Below are positions 60,180 to 64,000 of a DNA stretch of 64,000 nucleotides, in pieces. This stretch comes from Eledone cirrhosa (Eukaryota). How positions within the stretch are numbered: the first letter of the stretch is position 1; each line of letters starts with the position of its first letter. Both the position numbers and the translations under genes were made by a program. Where the stretch lies: positions 282,224,001 through 282,288,000 of the forward strand of contig OZ024742.1 of the NCBI GenBank assembly GCA_964016885.1. The letters are read 5' to 3'. The notes beneath the pieces were generated by a model, which was not told the origin of the DNA, ran no database searches, and saw nothing but the letters and a program-made list of their open reading frames with translations.

Positions 60180-61140
60180 AAGGTACAGCGATTACTGGCG
60201 TTCGCCTCGGATCACACATAATACAGTAAGAGAATCAATGGAGATCCGAACCTGCTAGGCCCCAACAAAGCCCTAGTGTCGTTCTCCCGCCTCAGACAGA
60301 CGCGGATAATTATCACCAGTATCCTAAAAGCTGTCCGCGCTCTAGCGGCCGAAGCACCAGCATCGTTTATCGATCGAACGCTTGATTCGGGCAGCTCGTA
60401 AGACTGGACCAACCTGATTAGTTTTTCTACTATCGCACTCGGAATTCTGACGCCAGGGAAGCCGACTACGTGGGAGGGATCGGGCCCCTCTCTGACTTCG
60501 AGGCTGAAGAACAATGTCACTTCATTCTCCGACCCTTCCCGTACGAGCTTCTCGGCCCTCTCGCGCAGTCCATAAGCGTCAACTCAGCGTGCGCATCCCA
60601 CTTTCGACTGCATGAAACGTCTCTGTAACAGAGTCAGCCATGAATCATTCAGAGCGTTATTTCGTGTGCTGACCTCGAGCCTAGTAAAGCTGAGCATGAG
60701 AAACGCTTTCAACAGCGTTAGGTTGGATCACGTGTTAGAAACTTGTTTTGACGAGCCCCCTCAATATTCCCTCCTGCTCCCTGCTCGTACGGATCACCCA
60801 GCATACTCATGGCTGCTGACAAGATCACTTCCGCTACGTGTATTCAGCAAAGAGACCCACTTGGCCCGCTCTTCCTTGCGCTGACTGTCGACAACGTTGC
60901 CCGCTATGCTCGGTCACCCTTCAATGTTTGGTACACGAACGACGTGACCCTAGGTGGCTCGGTTGAATAGGTAGTTGGGGACCTTCGGCTAATCATCCCA
61001 GCTCTAAAGCTCCTTAGACTCGAAATCCAGCCATACAAGTCCGAGGTGGTAAATATTAGATACGGTGAGGCCGAATTCCACGCCGCCGTACTCAACATCC
61101 ATCCCGCTATGTCGGGGGCCTACCAAACGCCCAAAGACGC
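60180..61140 (+). pseudogene. Degenerate CRE-clade non-LTR retrotransposon RT fragment
   Basis: GC-rich island; KLSMRNAFNSV, QQRDPLGPLSLAL, WYTNDVTLGG, LEIQPYKSEV correspond to CRE-like RT motifs. Confidence 0.7.
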
Positions 61141-61815
61141 ATAACAGAACTATTATACCTAGATTGGTTTACTTTATACGTTTTAACATATTTTTTTAAG
61201 TATTTTTTTCTGGGATTTATTTAGTCAGTACACATAAATATTTGAACTTGGCTTTCTTTACAGAGATATTTTAATTGGTACAGTATATAACCCATTGAGA
61301 GAGAAGAGGGAGAAATAAATATTTATCGTGAGAGATGGTCATACAGAGAGGCAGAGAGAGAGAGAAAGAGAGAGAGAGAAGAGAGAGTGAGAAAGAGAGA
61401 GAGAGAGAGAAAGAGAGAGAGGAGAGAGAGAAGGAATCATATAGACAACATCATTAACAGTTTTGTCAGAGTGTGGTGCTCGTGTGACAGACAGAAAAAG
61501 GTAATACAGTTATTATTATTATATAGAATGATTTACTTTGCTTGTTTTAAGATATTTTGCAAATGATTTTTATCAGGGTTTTGACCAGTTTGTACAATTT
61601 TTATGACGCTGAATAATAATGAATGGATAATTATATTTATGTTTTTACCAAGTAGTTTGTTTATATATAATTATGTGTAATAGATGTGTGTCACAAATTA
61701 TACATTACGTTATATCATTATATATCACTTTGATTGATCTGGTCTCCAACAACATTATCAGAAAAATATTATAGGTTTTGATATATGAATTAGTTATCGT
61801 TTTACGTCAGCTTTT

Positions 61816-61881
61816 TTCTGGGCCCCGGGCTTCGCCCAACCCGTGAAAGTGCACGGGTTGGGCGAAGCCCGGGGCCCAGAA
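61816..61881. repeat. Perfect GC-rich hairpin with 30-bp arms and a 6-nt loop
   Basis: ttctgggccccgggcttcgcccaacccgtg-aaagtg-cacgggttgggcgaagcccggggcccagaa. Confidence 0.95.
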
Positions 61882-62014
61882 TCTTTACCAGTTTCATGAA
61901 TGTTAAGCAACTAAGAGTTCACGACCTCGTCCACGAGACGGAACGCCAGTCTATCGCAGGGCTGAGTCCGGTTTCTGTTCTAGTACTTATTTTCGGCTTT
62001 ATAATCTAGAGAGT

Positions 62015-62048
<34 letters not shown>

Positions 62049-62062
62049 CGCACACACACGCA

Positions 62063-62510
<448 letters not shown>

Positions 62511-62913
62511 ATAACTGGATATAAATGCATATAGACATACAGACATACAAACACATATAGACATACATACACACACACTTACACACATATATATATATAA
62601 TAAGGGTTGACGGACCCACCATATTTATCAATGCCAGCACCGGTTGTATCTCAGCGCACTCAATGGGCAATGTAAGATACATTACCAGAGTATACACATA
62701 GTTATTTGCCTCAACACAACACACGTAAAACGGGTGCCTATAAGGTTCCCGGACTCGAGTTTCTGCAGCACTAATGCAGCAGTAAGGTGAGCTGCACCAT
62801 CTGTCTGCATATATTATGCAACAATGCTCAATCGGCTTATGCAGTTTCATCAGCGGGTATCGCCTAATCAATAACCAATCGATCGACATGATCCAATATA
62901 TATATATATATAT

Positions 62914-62969
<56 letters not shown>

Positions 62970-63393
62970 TGTGTGAGAGAGACAGAGAGTGAGAGAGAGA
63001 GCAATGGACTGCTGCTGTCTCCGTCTACCAAATGTCACTGATTCACAAGACATTGATTGGGCAAGTAAATACTTACCCAATATGCCACTCAATGGGAGTA
63101 AACGCGAAACTAAACTATATGATTGTGAGGCGAACTCTTTAACCACGCATCTAAGCCTCTGCTTATAATTAATTGAATGTTATAAGAAAAATCTTCCTAC
63201 ATTAATATGTGAATATATTTTCTTTTGAGGGCAGATTGTTGACAGTAATGTCTATTGTTATAAGATTACAACTTACACTAATGAATAAGACGTTTTCTAT
63301 TATGGTAATTAGTTAGTTTAATGTACTTATTGATTTAAATGTTTCCTTCTTAACGTTGAGTCTTCAAAATTTAGTAATGAATTGTTATATTAA

Positions 63394-63692
63394 TAATTGT
63401 TTCTACTTTTGGCTCAAGGCCAGTAATTACCGCAGTGCATTGCACCAGTAATGGTGCTTTATTTTATCGACCCCGTAAGGATGAAAGGCAAAGTTAACCT
63501 CGGCGGGATTTGAACTCAGAATGGCAAGGGCCGTAACTCTATGCGTCAATGCATGGCGTCCGACCCTCTACCGATACTGATATTAATAATTGTTTCTACT
63601 TTTGGCACAAGGCCAGCAATTAACCAGTGTATTACTGGTACTTTATTTTATCGATCCCGTAAGGATGAAAGGCAAAGTTAACCTCGGCGGAA
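63394..63692 (-). mobile_element. Tandem SINE family A copies (63394-63580 near full-length; 63585-63692 5'-truncated)
   Basis: Repeated tail and core, each preceded on the + strand by tattaataattgtttc. Confidence 0.85.
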
Positions 63693-63898
63693 TGTCGTGG
63701 CAATACCCTAGGAATTTATACTGAATGATTATTATTGTATGGATAGGTAGAATTGTTAGAGTCTCAGATAAAATGAATTGTAGCATTTTATTACGGGCTT
63801 TTTTCTTCTGAGTTCAAATGATACCGAGCTCTATGAGATTTAATATTAATCACGTTCTGGTGTCAATAAATCTGTTCATCTATCTATCTATCTGTCAG

Positions 63899-63977
<79 letters not shown>

Positions 63978-64000
63978 TGTGTATGGCTGTGTGTGTTTGT

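Overview
Eukaryotic, AT-rich, repeat-saturated DNA with no recognisable host protein-coding gene. The (TA)n/(CA)n/(GA)n/(ATT)n density and SINE content look like a coleoid cephalopod (Octopus-like) genome; this is inference. Most ORFs in the track are microsatellite translation artefacts. Real coding remnants are all mobile-element derived: two head-to-tail Tx1-clade LINEs (one full-length but disabled), a Dong/R4-type RLE LINE, three other RLE C-terminal fragments, CR1, RTE and CRE fragments, and tandem non-autonomous Helitron derivatives. There are also many tRNA-derived SINEs, hAT and Tc/pogo MITEs, and 20-bp and 37-bp minisatellites. The main hidden signal is non-coding: about 10 type I hammerhead-ribozyme (HHR) folds from at least 7 sequence-unrelated families. 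Most sit in fold-back or terminally redundant cassettes inserted in (TA)n, as expected for Penelope-like elements (PLEs) or retrozymes. A candidate HDV-like ribozyme lies at the 5' end of the full-length Tx1. Different retroelement clades appear to partition among microsatellite targets. All folds were read by eye and none has been computed or assayed.
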